In this document: one piece after another, positions 28,945 through 36,919 of the stretch
How positions within the stretch are numbered: the first letter of the stretch is position 1
Layout: each line of letters opens with the position of its first letter
Origin: an uncultured Actinomycetaceae bacterium
GTDB taxonomy: Bacteria > Actinomycetota > Actinomycetes > Actinomycetales > Actinomycetaceae
Length of the DNA stretch: 36,919 bases
Assembly: GCA_963531075.1 (NCBI GenBank)
Contig: CAUSGP010000001.1
Span: 1 to 36,919, forward strand
Direction of reading: 5' to 3'
Notes under the pieces: model-generated
Told to the model about the DNA's origin: nothing
The model's input: the letters and a program-made list of their open reading frames with translations, nothing else
The model's database searches: none
Position numbers and translations under genes: made by a program

Positions 28945-29035
28945 ATCCCTACGATGCTACCGCCTCAACCACGGAATAGGACCCTGCGTCGCCAGAGACC
29001 GAGGAATTGGTCGTTCCGCGTGCAGGGTCCACGCC

Positions 29036-29968
29036 TTAGATTAGATCCTCAAGGTAGGACTGAGCATCCAAAGCGGCACGAGCTCCTGATCCGGCAGCCG
29101 TGATGGCCTGACGGTATGTGTGATCAACGACGTCGCCGGCTGCGAAGACTCCGGAAACATTCGTGCGCGTGGAGGGCTCGTCGACGACGATATAGCCGGC
29201 GTCGTCCAGCTCAATCTGCCCGCGAACGAGGGCTGTGCGCGGATCGTGGCCGATGGCGACGAAGAATCCGGAAATGGGAAGCACGGAAGTCTCGCCGGTG
29301 ACTGTGTCGGTTAGGGTTGCCGATTCGAGGGTCTCCCCACCGGAAAGCTCAGAAACCGTCTTATTCCAATGGACGTCGATCTTCGGATCGGCCAGAACGC
29401 GATCGGCCATGACCTTCGACCCGCGGAATTGGTCGCGCCGGTGGATGACATGCACTTTTGAACCGAAACGCGCGAGGAAGAGAGCTTCCGTCAGCGCGGA
29501 ATCGCCCCCTCCGACGACCGCTATCTCCTTGTCTTTGAAGAAGAAACCGTCGCAGGTGGCGCAGTAGGACACTCCCTTGCCGGAATAGGTCCGTTCGCCT
29601 TCAATACCGAGCTTCCTATAGGCCGAGCCAAGAGCAAGAATTACTGTCTTCGCCTTATACTCTGCGGAGTCGGTGACGATCGTCTTAATGTCGCCTTCGA
29701 GCCGGAGCTCCGTTGCGTCCTCGTACTCGACCGTGGCACCGAACTTCTGTGCCTGGGCTTGGAATTTGTCCATGAGATCGGGGCCCATGATTCCGTCAGG
29801 CCAGCCCGGGAAGTTCTCGACCTCGGTGGTGTTCATGAGTGCTCCGCCCGCCTCAAGGGCGCCAGCAACGATCAACGGTTCAAAACCCGCGCGAGATGTG
29901 TAGATGGCGGCCGTCCAACCCGCGGGGCCGGAGCCAACGATGACGACGTCGTGAACTTTCTCAGTCAT
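29036..29968 (-). CDS. trxB: Thioredoxin-disulfide reductase
   Basis: IVGSGPAGWTAAIY, GVSYCATCDG, VVGGGDSA, VFAAGDV..YRQAITAAGSG. Confidence 0.98.
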   Translation of the reverse strand: MTEKVHDVVIVGSGPAGWTAAIYTSRAGFEPLIVAGALEAGGALMNTTEVENFPGWPDGIMGPDLMDKFQAQAQKFGATVEYEDATELRLEGDIKTIVTDSAEYKAKTVILALGSAYRKLGIEGERTYSGKGVSYCATCDGFFFKDKEIAVVGGGDSALTEALFLARFGSKVHVIHRRDQFRGSKVMADRVLADPKIDVHWNKTVSELSGGETLESATLTDTVTGETSVLPISGFFVAIGHDPRTALVRGQIELDDAGYIVVDEPSTRTNVSGVFAAGDVVDHTYRQAITAAGSGARAALDAQSYLEDLI

Positions 29969-30010
29969 GTCTGCCTTTCTTAGGGGTCGGTGGCGGAACG
30001 CATGCAGTGG

Positions 30011-30073
30011 GTTCGTCTATTCCCAACGTCAATTCGTCTATTCCCACATAGGTTCGTATTCCCACATAGGTTC
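30011..30073. repeat. 18-21-bp tandem repeat x3 upstream of trxB
   Basis: gttcgtctattcccaacgtca / attcgtctattcccacatag / gttcgtattcccacatag / gttc. Confidence 0.85.
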
Positions 30074-30089
30074 GCCGTTTCATTCGACT

Positions 30090-32561
30090 TCATTCGACGC
30101 TGATTTCCGCGATGCTGATTCGATACTTAGACTTGTTCTGTTTCGATAGTTCAGGGAACCAGAGAACAACGGTGTCTGTGGCAATCGTTTTGGGAGCCGA
30201 AAGCTTCAAATTGGGCTTGAGCGCCGACTCGGCAATCACGTCACCAGTATTCGGGGATGAAGCCGAAGAATTGCGCCACTCGACCTTGCCGCCGGAGTAC
30301 TTGGAATCGATTTTTACGGACGTCACTTTCGACTTGCCAGAAAGCTTGATGGCCAGGCCGATGCCATCCTTGTTGCCAGAGTATTTCGAATTTGCGTACC
30401 AATAAGATTCCCAGGTGGTGGACGTCTTCTGATCCGTCAGGTAGGGAATGAGGGAAGGATTCTCCTGCTCATCCACATTGGACGGATCCGATTGTGCACC
30501 GTACGGATTGAGCAGCGTGATGTTTTCGACCTTTGGTTGCGGCAGGTTTTCGGCCTTTTCTTCTTTCGTTGGGCTCGCGGAAGGCTTTTTTTCCTGCGAG
30601 CTTGGAGCCTTCGTAGCGGGCAAAGAACGTGTTGAGGAGGATTTGTTCGATGGAACGCTGGTGGGCGAAAAGAACTTGAAAACTGCCCAAAGTCCGAATA
30701 CGACGATGAGCAAGATGGCGAGAGCCACCACTACTTTCGAAGGGTTGTACAGCGGCTTTTCGATTTCCTCGCCGGCCAGCTCTGCGCCGGGCAACTCGGT
30801 TTGCTGAGGGGACGGAGCTTCGCCGAGAAGCCACGGGCTTTGGCTAGTCGCCTGAGCGGTGGGTATCTGCACGGTGTCCGAACTCGCGGCATTCGCAGCC
30901 TGTTCAGAAGCCGGAAAGAACGACGGCGGTAACTGCGACTCCCCATGCCCCGAACTTCTACCGGTCTGCTGTGCCGGAGAATCCTGAGCAGCCGCAGCCG
31001 CCATGTTCTGAGTGGGGGCGTTGTCCAAAGACCCGTCGGGTACTTGTGCAGCCTGCTCATTTGGCCGCTTTTTTGAAGAGTCCGATTGCTTAGAAGGTTT
31101 GCTATTTGATTGCTTTGGAGTTTTGCCCGTCGGTTGCCCGGAAGGCTTGCCGGTCGACGTCGTCTTCTTTTGAGCCTTCCCGTTCTTCCCCGCTCCGGAA
31201 GCATTCTTCGCCGCCGCCGACGGAGCGGCCCCCGCCGATTTGACAGCACCGGCAGCTGCGCCGGCTGCGATCGATGTCCCCGTGGCTTCGGCCGCAGCCT
31301 TTCCGGCTGCTCCGCCCTTTGCCGCCCCGGCTTTCTTCTTGGACTTTTTGTCGCGCCCGCCCTTCTTATCGCGTACGGCCGCGGTTTCGATCGTCTTCTC
31401 GGCGGAATTGGCGAGGTCCTCGGGGCCATCGGCAATCGTGACGTAGTCGCCCTCGGGGGCATCGCCGAAGTCTTCCGGGTGGAAAATCGCCGTTGCCGAA
31501 GGATCGACCGCTTCTGGATGCTCCTCGGCGAAGGTGTTAAGACTCGACCATTTCGGCTTCATTCCAGCGGATTTGACGGCGTCTCCGGACAGAGGGTCTA
31601 CCTTGTTTCCGCTCGAAGCGTCTCCCGTCGACGCGATTCCGGGCTGTGCCGACGCGCCGTGTGACGGGGCGGGCGAGGCTCCGTTCGCATCGTGCTCGAC
31701 TCCGTCGGCATCACGCTCGGCTCCAGAAGCTTCGCCAAAAGCAGCTCCGGCCGCTTGAGCTCCGGCTTGAGCAGAAACGTCGGAATCTGAGCCGTGCGGT
31801 TCGCCGACCGACGGGAATTCGGAAGGCTCGACGGAGCCCCAAGGAGCGAGCTCGCGGACGAGATCAGCGGGTGAGAGAGCCCCCAGCCCGCGGAGCTCCC
31901 GAGTGCACGCGCTGCGCAGCGCATCGGGCAATGAGCCGTTCTCCGTTGCCATGCGCAAAACGGCGTCGGGCTTGGCTTTGGCATTCCCGGTGAGCAACCG
32001 GGCCAAAAGGATCGAAATTCCGCGTGACTCCATTCTATCGGCCTGTGAACTCGACATTGAGTCCGTGCGAAGGCTGGCCAGGGCGGCATCAGTGCCCAAG
32101 CCGTCGATAAAGACTTCTCCCAGCACTCCTACCCTGACCTGTTGAGGCGTCAATTCGAGATGGCGAACGCCTCGCGCCCGCGCGGAGTTAAGAGCGCTCG
32201 CGACCTCGCCCGTAAGCGCCTGGGCCTGTCTAGGATCGAAGGGAATGCCGTGAAGATAGGCGGAAAGCGGTGTGCCCAGAGGAATCTCGGTAGCGACGTA
32301 GTACGCGGCCGGATCCTCGCCGACCGAGAGTATGCGCACGACGTGCGGGTCGTCAATGAGCGAACTGCGCCGGGCAGCGTCCAGCACTTCGCTGGCGTTC
32401 GAGTTGCCCGGATCCAACGCCAGGATCCGCAATGACGTTCCAAGCAGCGTATCGACGGCGTTCCAGGCTTGAACTCCGGGATAGAGCGGCTGTTCCGAAA
32501 ACGGCTCGGTAAGCTTGTAACGGCCGGCAAGAATTTGACCAGCTTCGACGAAGCTATTCAT
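30090..32561 (-). CDS. Membrane-anchored pseudokinase (like the C-terminal kinase-homology part of actinobacterial MviN/MurJ) with long low-complexity linker and extracellular domain
   Basis: LAGRYKL, WNAVDTLL, VLDAARRSSLIDDPHVVRIL. RHLELTP and IDGLG replace HRD and DFG. One TM segment VVVALAILLIVVFGLWAVF. Start at ATG 32561 after GAAGGGAG. Confidence 0.75.
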   Translation of the reverse strand: MNSFVEAGQILAGRYKLTEPFSEQPLYPGVQAWNAVDTLLGTSLRILALDPGNSNASEVLDAARRSSLIDDPHVVRILSVGEDPAAYYVATEIPLGTPLSAYLHGIPFDPRQAQALTGEVASALNSARARGVRHLELTPQQVRVGVLGEVFIDGLGTDAALASLRTDSMSSSQADRMESRGISILLARLLTGNAKAKPDAVLRMATENGSLPDALRSACTRELRGLGALSPADLVRELAPWGSVEPSEFPSVGEPHGSDSDVSAQAGAQAAGAAFGEASGAERDADGVEHDANGASPAPSHGASAQPGIASTGDASSGNKVDPLSGDAVKSAGMKPKWSSLNTFAEEHPEAVDPSATAIFHPEDFGDAPEGDYVTIADGPEDLANSAEKTIETAAVRDKKGGRDKKSKKKAGAAKGGAAGKAAAEATGTSIAAGAAAGAVKSAGAAPSAAAKNASGAGKNGKAQKKTTSTGKPSGQPTGKTPKQSNSKPSKQSDSSKKRPNEQAAQVPDGSLDNAPTQNMAAAAAQDSPAQQTGRSSGHGESQLPPSFFPASEQAANAASSDTVQIPTAQATSQSPWLLGEAPSPQQTELPGAELAGEEIEKPLYNPSKVVVALAILLIVVFGLWAVFKFFSPTSVPSNKSSSTRSLPATKAPSSQEKKPSASPTKEEKAENLPQPKVENITLLNPYGAQSDPSNVDEQENPSLIPYLTDQKTSTTWESYWYANSKYSGNKDGIGLAIKLSGKSKVTSVKIDSKYSGGKVEWRNSSASSPNTGDVIAESALKPNLKLSAPKTIATDTVVLWFPELSKQNKSKYRISIAEISVE

Positions 32562-32681
32562 GACACTCCCTTCATGGACACGGGCTAGGACTCTTAACCA
32601 CGTGTGCGACATTGTCCATCCTACCGGGCAAACTTGATAGGGTCAGGCTCGGCTTGTCTGGAGGTTCGGGGCCGGCATCAT

Positions 32682-34901
32682 TCATGTTTTTTCCTTTGCC
32701 ATCGCTACCCGCAAAGCGGCTTCTTTACGTGCCTTACGGATCTCTTCGGGGCTGAAAGGACGCGAACGGCGCCCCTTACGAAGCGACTTCACGGTGCCCA
32801 CGACGAGAAGTGTGAGGAAGAATGCCAGAAACACTCCTGTTCCGATGTTCTCCCAGTCGGCGCGCACTCGGGTTTCTAGCGAATTCGTCACACCCACAGA
32901 TTGACCGGTGGCATTGAGGATTCTCACTTCGGCGGTCACGTTTCCCGAACCGAAAGCCTTGACGGGAATGAGGACCTTCGTCGAAGAGTTGGGCGCGAGG
33001 GTGGCTTTGACGATCTTTCCGGCTTTTAGACGCGGGTCACGTGAGTGCAATTCGACCGAGACATTGACCGAAACCGGCAGAGAATTGCTTACGTGAACCG
33101 GGATCTCAGATTTGGTGGAGATGATGTTGATCGTCGACGACGGTTCGGCCGCGATGCTCTTGAGGAACTTCTTTCCGTCAGCCTCGATGGCCTCGATGGA
33201 CTCACTGCGAGAAGCTTTCGAAGCCCTCCACGCGACGCCGGTCAAAGCGTAAGCTCGAGAGGCCACCGTCCGGTTCAACAGCTCCTTGCTGTTTGAAATG
33301 TCGGCGATCGTGGCGAAATCCTTCTGTGCCGCCTCGATGCGCTCTATACCGCTGCGCGTCAGCAATCCGGCAGGAGAGCGAAAAGCGGGAAGGGAACTCC
33401 GAGTGGTCGTCGATGGATCTCGATCGAAGGACCCGCTGATCGTGGTTGGCGACACCCACGGGGCGGACATCAGAGCTTTGACCGTCTCTCCCATACTTTC
33501 GGGGCTGAGAGCGCTTCCGGTCGACGCCGTCGCGGGATCTCCCAAACCCAAATGGGGCATGCCCGCCCTGTCGCCCTGGATCAAGGTCACGCGCGAGGTG
33601 CTGGGACGCTCTCTGTATGTCGCGGCGGATAGGCCGAGCACCAGTTGACGGGCGTCCAAGGCGTCGAGGGAGTCGGAACTCCCGAGATTCGAATCGGCGT
33701 CGGCGTTGTCGGGAAGCGCGCCGGCAAAGGCCGCGCTCATGGCGGTGTCGGAGGCCAGCGCCGCCACGGACGTGCCCGGAAGGCGCATGCGGGCCGACGG
33801 CGTCGTGCTGCCTTTGCCCTTGATCGGAACCTGGTTTCCGGACAGTATGACGCGGCTTTCGCCGACGGATGCCAAGGCGTCCGTCGTCAGCGAATCCGTC
33901 TGCGGGGCGAGCAAAGTGATGTCCGTGCGAGGCGTATCGATGTTCAGTTTGGCCGCGACGTCTTCGGCTACCCTCGTTTTGAGGGCTTTTTGCCGATCGA
34001 TCGAAGCCTTGATGCATGAGTCGAGCGCGCCGGACTCGTCACAGGCGTGAACGGTGGCCGCGACGTCGGAATCGCCCGGGGCCGTCAGGATCATCTGCGT
34101 CTCGCGTTCGCTGGTGAACGAGGCCAATGCCTTCGTGAAATCTGCACCCCCGACGTCGGCGACGAGAGGGTCGATGGCGAGAGTGACCCCCGGAGTCGAC
34201 AGCTCCTTGATCGCCCGGGGAAGCCGCTCGGGAACCATTGATGCGCGGTGCTGCGCCTGCCATGCCAGAGATGGGTTGGAAGCTGTCTCCGTGGGTGACA
34301 CCGTCAGAGGGATGAGCACCGTCGTGGGCATGGGCGTCACGGGGCCGGAGGGCGCCGTGACGACGATCGAGCGGTCCTTCAAGGTTTTGCCTCCAATCGT
34401 CGCGGAGACTTCGACTCCTCTCGGCCCCCAAGCGTCGGGCGAGCCGTCCCATTCGAGTTGCTTGCGGGGAACGGAGAAGGTGACCTCCTGGGTCGAACCT
34501 GCCCCAACCGTGACGGAATCATCGTGCTCGGCGAGAGTTTCGATCGCGGCCGTTCGCTGGCCCCCGCTCGATCCGCGGAGGAAGGAAAGGACCTGGGAAC
34601 GCGAGCCGGGAACCTTCGTCTGAGCGGAGAGCTTGGACGAAGAAACGGTCACCGACGAGGACCCGGGGTTCCTTATCTGAGCGGTCACGGTCAAGTCCTG
34701 ACCCGGCTGGAGAATGGGGGCGCCGACGGAGGTTATGTGAAGAGTCGGTTTCGCCTTTCCCGCACTGGGAAGAACGGCAGTCGGCGCCTTTGCGTGCGCG
34801 TCGACGCGCACCGAGACGGACGTTGAAGCGCTCGCGGCGGGAGCCACACTGCTCACGAGGCAAGCCAGTGTGGCCAACGAAGAAAGAAACCTTATGCCCA
34901 T
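32682..34901 (-). CDS. Secreted/membrane-anchored protein, DUF6049-like (Rv3909-type)
   Basis: N-terminal signal peptide, WGPRGVEV, IPVHVSNSLPVSVNV, C-terminal TM followed by a basic tail; syntenic position after the NUDIX gene. Confidence 0.75.
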   Translation of the reverse strand: MGIRFLSSLATLACLVSSVAPAASASTSVSVRVDAHAKAPTAVLPSAGKAKPTLHITSVGAPILQPGQDLTVTAQIRNPGSSSVTVSSSKLSAQTKVPGSRSQVLSFLRGSSGGQRTAAIETLAEHDDSVTVGAGSTQEVTFSVPRKQLEWDGSPDAWGPRGVEVSATIGGKTLKDRSIVVTAPSGPVTPMPTTVLIPLTVSPTETASNPSLAWQAQHRASMVPERLPRAIKELSTPGVTLAIDPLVADVGGADFTKALASFTSERETQMILTAPGDSDVAATVHACDESGALDSCIKASIDRQKALKTRVAEDVAAKLNIDTPRTDITLLAPQTDSLTTDALASVGESRVILSGNQVPIKGKGSTTPSARMRLPGTSVAALASDTAMSAAFAGALPDNADADSNLGSSDSLDALDARQLVLGLSAATYRERPSTSRVTLIQGDRAGMPHLGLGDPATASTGSALSPESMGETVKALMSAPWVSPTTISGSFDRDPSTTTRSSLPAFRSPAGLLTRSGIERIEAAQKDFATIADISNSKELLNRTVASRAYALTGVAWRASKASRSESIEAIEADGKKFLKSIAAEPSSTINIISTKSEIPVHVSNSLPVSVNVSVELHSRDPRLKAGKIVKATLAPNSSTKVLIPVKAFGSGNVTAEVRILNATGQSVGVTNSLETRVRADWENIGTGVFLAFFLTLLVVGTVKSLRKGRRSRPFSPEEIRKARKEAALRVAMAKEKT

Positions 34902-34902
34902 G

Positions 34903-35433
34903 TCACCCGTGCCCTGAAAGGATGTTGCGCGCGGCCGCTATGATCCGGCGTTCGTTCGGATAAGCCAGGCGCGAGCCGACTTTGTCGATGCGAACCCATT
35001 CGACCTTCTCGGCCTCCTGGTCGGGATCGTTCTCTGTTGTCAGAACGCCGGAAAGAGCCTCGAGAAGGAAGTGGTGGACCACCTTGTGGACACGACGGTC
35101 CGTTCCCGAAAACCAGTAGTCGATGCTCGCCAGGTGGGTGAGCACCCTGCCGGATATTCCCGTCTCCTCCGAGACTTCACGTATGGCCGCTTCTTCTGCG
35201 GTTTCGGCGCCTTCGAGATGTCCTTTGGGCAGGCACCATTCCAGGCGGCCGCCCCTGTTGCGTCGGGCGATGACGGCGACGTAGGCCCAGCCGTCCTTGA
35301 CCGATAGGACGACTCCGCCCGCGCTGGTTTCGTTCACCACCGGGTACGAGTGATGAACTGGTGGGACGGACCGGGGCGTGCGCTTGCGCCGGTGTCGCCC
35401 CGTCGGCGAAGGCCGCGGTGCTGATGTCGACAT
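34903..35433 (-). CDS. NUDIX hydrolase (MutT4-type)
   Basis: ETSAGGVV, Nudix box WCLPKGHLEGAETAEEAAIREVSEETG, VHKVVHHFLL. Start reassigned to ATG 35433 (MSTSAPRPS). Confidence 0.9.
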   Translation of the reverse strand: MSTSAPRPSPTGRHRRKRTPRSVPPVHHSYPVVNETSAGGVVLSVKDGWAYVAVIARRNRGGRLEWCLPKGHLEGAETAEEAAIREVSEETGISGRVLTHLASIDYWFSGTDRRVHKVVHHFLLEALSGVLTTENDPDQEAEKVEWVRIDKVGSRLAYPNERRIIAAARNILSGHG

Positions 35434-35544
35434 GTTTCTCACGTAGGTTGTGGCGCACCGGAAGTATGCAGGGACGATCGAACATGGCACCCTTATAAGG
35501 TGCAACGCGTGAATCCCTCCTACGAACCGGTACACAATGCGGCG

Positions 35545-36919
35545 ATGACCGGAGTTAACCGCCGGGCTCTCCTCCTCACTCAGGGGCAAAAGACCCTTGG
35601 GTCCCTTCCTCCAGTCATCGATGAACTGGGATCTATTTTCGCAGATGCGGGGCATGAAGTGGCACTCGTGGGAGGTCCCGTTCGCGACGCCTTCCTCGGA
35701 TCGCCCATCCACGACTTCGATCTGACGACGTCGGCTTCCCCTGAAATCAGCGAAAAGCTGCTTTCTTCCTGGGGGACGACCACCTGGGATATCGGTCGTG
35801 AGTTCGGCACAATCGGTTCGGTTCGCGGCGATGTGACCGTGGAAGTGACCACCTATCGCGCGGATTCTTACGAGTCGGGATCGCGCAAGCCGAAAGTCGA
35901 TTTCGGCCGCACACTCGAGGGCGATCTCACGCGCCGCGACTTCACCGTCAATGCGATGGCGGTGAGAATTCCCCAGCTCGAGCTCGTCGATCCGTGCGGG
36001 GGGCTTGACGATCTGGTCGAAGGGGTGCTGAAGACCCCCATTGCTGCCGTTCAGTCCTTCGACGACGACCCCCTGCGGATCATGCGTGCGGCCCGCTTCG
36101 CGGCTCAGCTGGGCTTTGACGTCGACGAGGACGTCATGTCCGCGATGGCTGAGATGGCTGAACGTCTGACGATCGTCTCGGCCGAGCGCATCCGCGCCGA
36201 ACTTGAGCGCCTCATGCTCTCGCCCGCACCTCGCCGAGGAATCGAGCTTTTGGTCTACACCGGGGTTGCCGACGTCGTCCTTCCCGAAGTGGCGCAACTG
36301 CGAGATACCGTCGATGAACACAAACGCCACAAGGACGTTTACGAGCACACGCTCACCGTGGTCGATCAGGCGATCGCCCTCGAAGACCCCGCGTCGAAAG
36401 CGGAGTATGAACCCTATCTGCTGGGCGGTGAGCTTGCCGGACCCGATCTGACCCTGCGCCTGGCCGCACTGCTCCACGACATCGGCAAACCCCGCACCAG
36501 GCGTTTCGAGAAGGACGGTTCGGTTACCTTTCGAGCCCACGATGTGGTCGGCGCGCGGATGGCGGCAAAACGCATGGCGGCGTTGCGCTTCGACAAGCAG
36601 ACGGAGAAGGACGTGGCAAGGCTCGTTGAGCTTCATCTGCGAGCATTCGGTTTCTCGGAGGCTGGATGGACAGATTCGGCGGTCCGTCGTTTCGTGCGCG
36701 ACGCCGGCGAGCTGCTTCCGCACCTCATGCGCCTCATCCGTGCCGATGTGACATCGCAGAACCGCCGAAGGGTCGGCAGGCTTCAGGCTGGCAACGACGA
36801 ACTTGCCCGACGCATCAGGGAACTAGCCGAACAGGAGGCCCTTGACGCGATTCGGCCGGATATAGACTGCGCGCGCGTCATGGAGATCTTGGGGCTCATG
36901 CTGGGGTCGGATGTGGGCG
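35545..36919 (+). CDS. cca: CCA tRNA nucleotidyltransferase (PcnA-type, HD domain); runs off window
   Basis: From ATG 35545: MTGVNRR...ALVGGPVRDAFLG..HDFDLTT, DLTRRDFTVNAMA, DDPLRIMRAARF, LLHDIGKP. Missing from the ORF track because it has no stop in the window. CACAAT 6 nt upstream suggests a leaderless mRNA. Confidence 0.95.
   Translation, partial: MTGVNRRALLLTQGQKTLGSLPPVIDELGSIFADAGHEVALVGGPVRDAFLGSPIHDFDLTTSASPEISEKLLSSWGTTTWDIGREFGTIGSVRGDVTVEVTTYRADSYESGSRKPKVDFGRTLEGDLTRRDFTVNAMAVRIPQLELVDPCGGLDDLVEGVLKTPIAAVQSFDDDPLRIMRAARFAAQLGFDVDEDVMSAMAEMAERLTIVSAERIRAELERLMLSPAPRRGIELLVYTGVADVVLPEVAQLRDTVDEHKRHKDVYEHTLTVVDQAIALEDPASKAEYEPYLLGGELAGPDLTLRLAALLHDIGKPRTRRFEKDGSVTFRAHDVVGARMAAKRMAALRFDKQTEKDVARLVELHLRAFGFSEAGWTDSAVRRFVRDAGELLPHLMRLIRADVTSQNRRRVGRLQAGNDELARRIRELAEQEALDAIRPDIDCARVMEILGLMLGSDVG

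Noticed and set aside
35434..36723. 606-aa 'fusion' ORF ending in the NUDIX domain
   Set aside because: Most of the first 430 codons are the antisense shadow of the cca gene; only 34903..35433 looks like a real NUDIX gene.

Overview
This is the chromosomal origin region of a high-GC actinobacterium; gene order and protein style suggest Actinomycetaceae (inference). The left arm holds gyrB(5' end)-dciA/DUF721-recF-dnaN-oriC-dnaA, followed by rpmH-rnpA-yidD-yidC-jag-rsmG. The right arm holds parA-parB, a D-Ala-D-Ala-ligase-like gene, a PLP aminotransferase, a degenerate thioredoxin, an interrupted N6-adenine DNA methyltransferase, trxB, a membrane pseudokinase, a DUF6049-like protein, a NUDIX hydrolase and a CCA-adding enzyme (partial). 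The partition system is the outstanding feature. rsmG and parA, normally nearly adjacent, are separated by about 7.9 kb of AT-rich, essentially ORF-free DNA carrying seven parS palindromes (GTTTCACGTGAAC-type core GTTTCACGTGAAAC), with an eighth at 26760. ParB is 1025 aa because of an acidic low-complexity insert of about 700 aa. GC content falls smoothly through conserved housekeeping genes towards the parS cluster rather than towards oriC. Many core proteins and intergenic spacers are also inflated by short tandem duplications, and murJ is absent from its usual position. GC values are from hand-counted 60-nt samples; no database searches were run.
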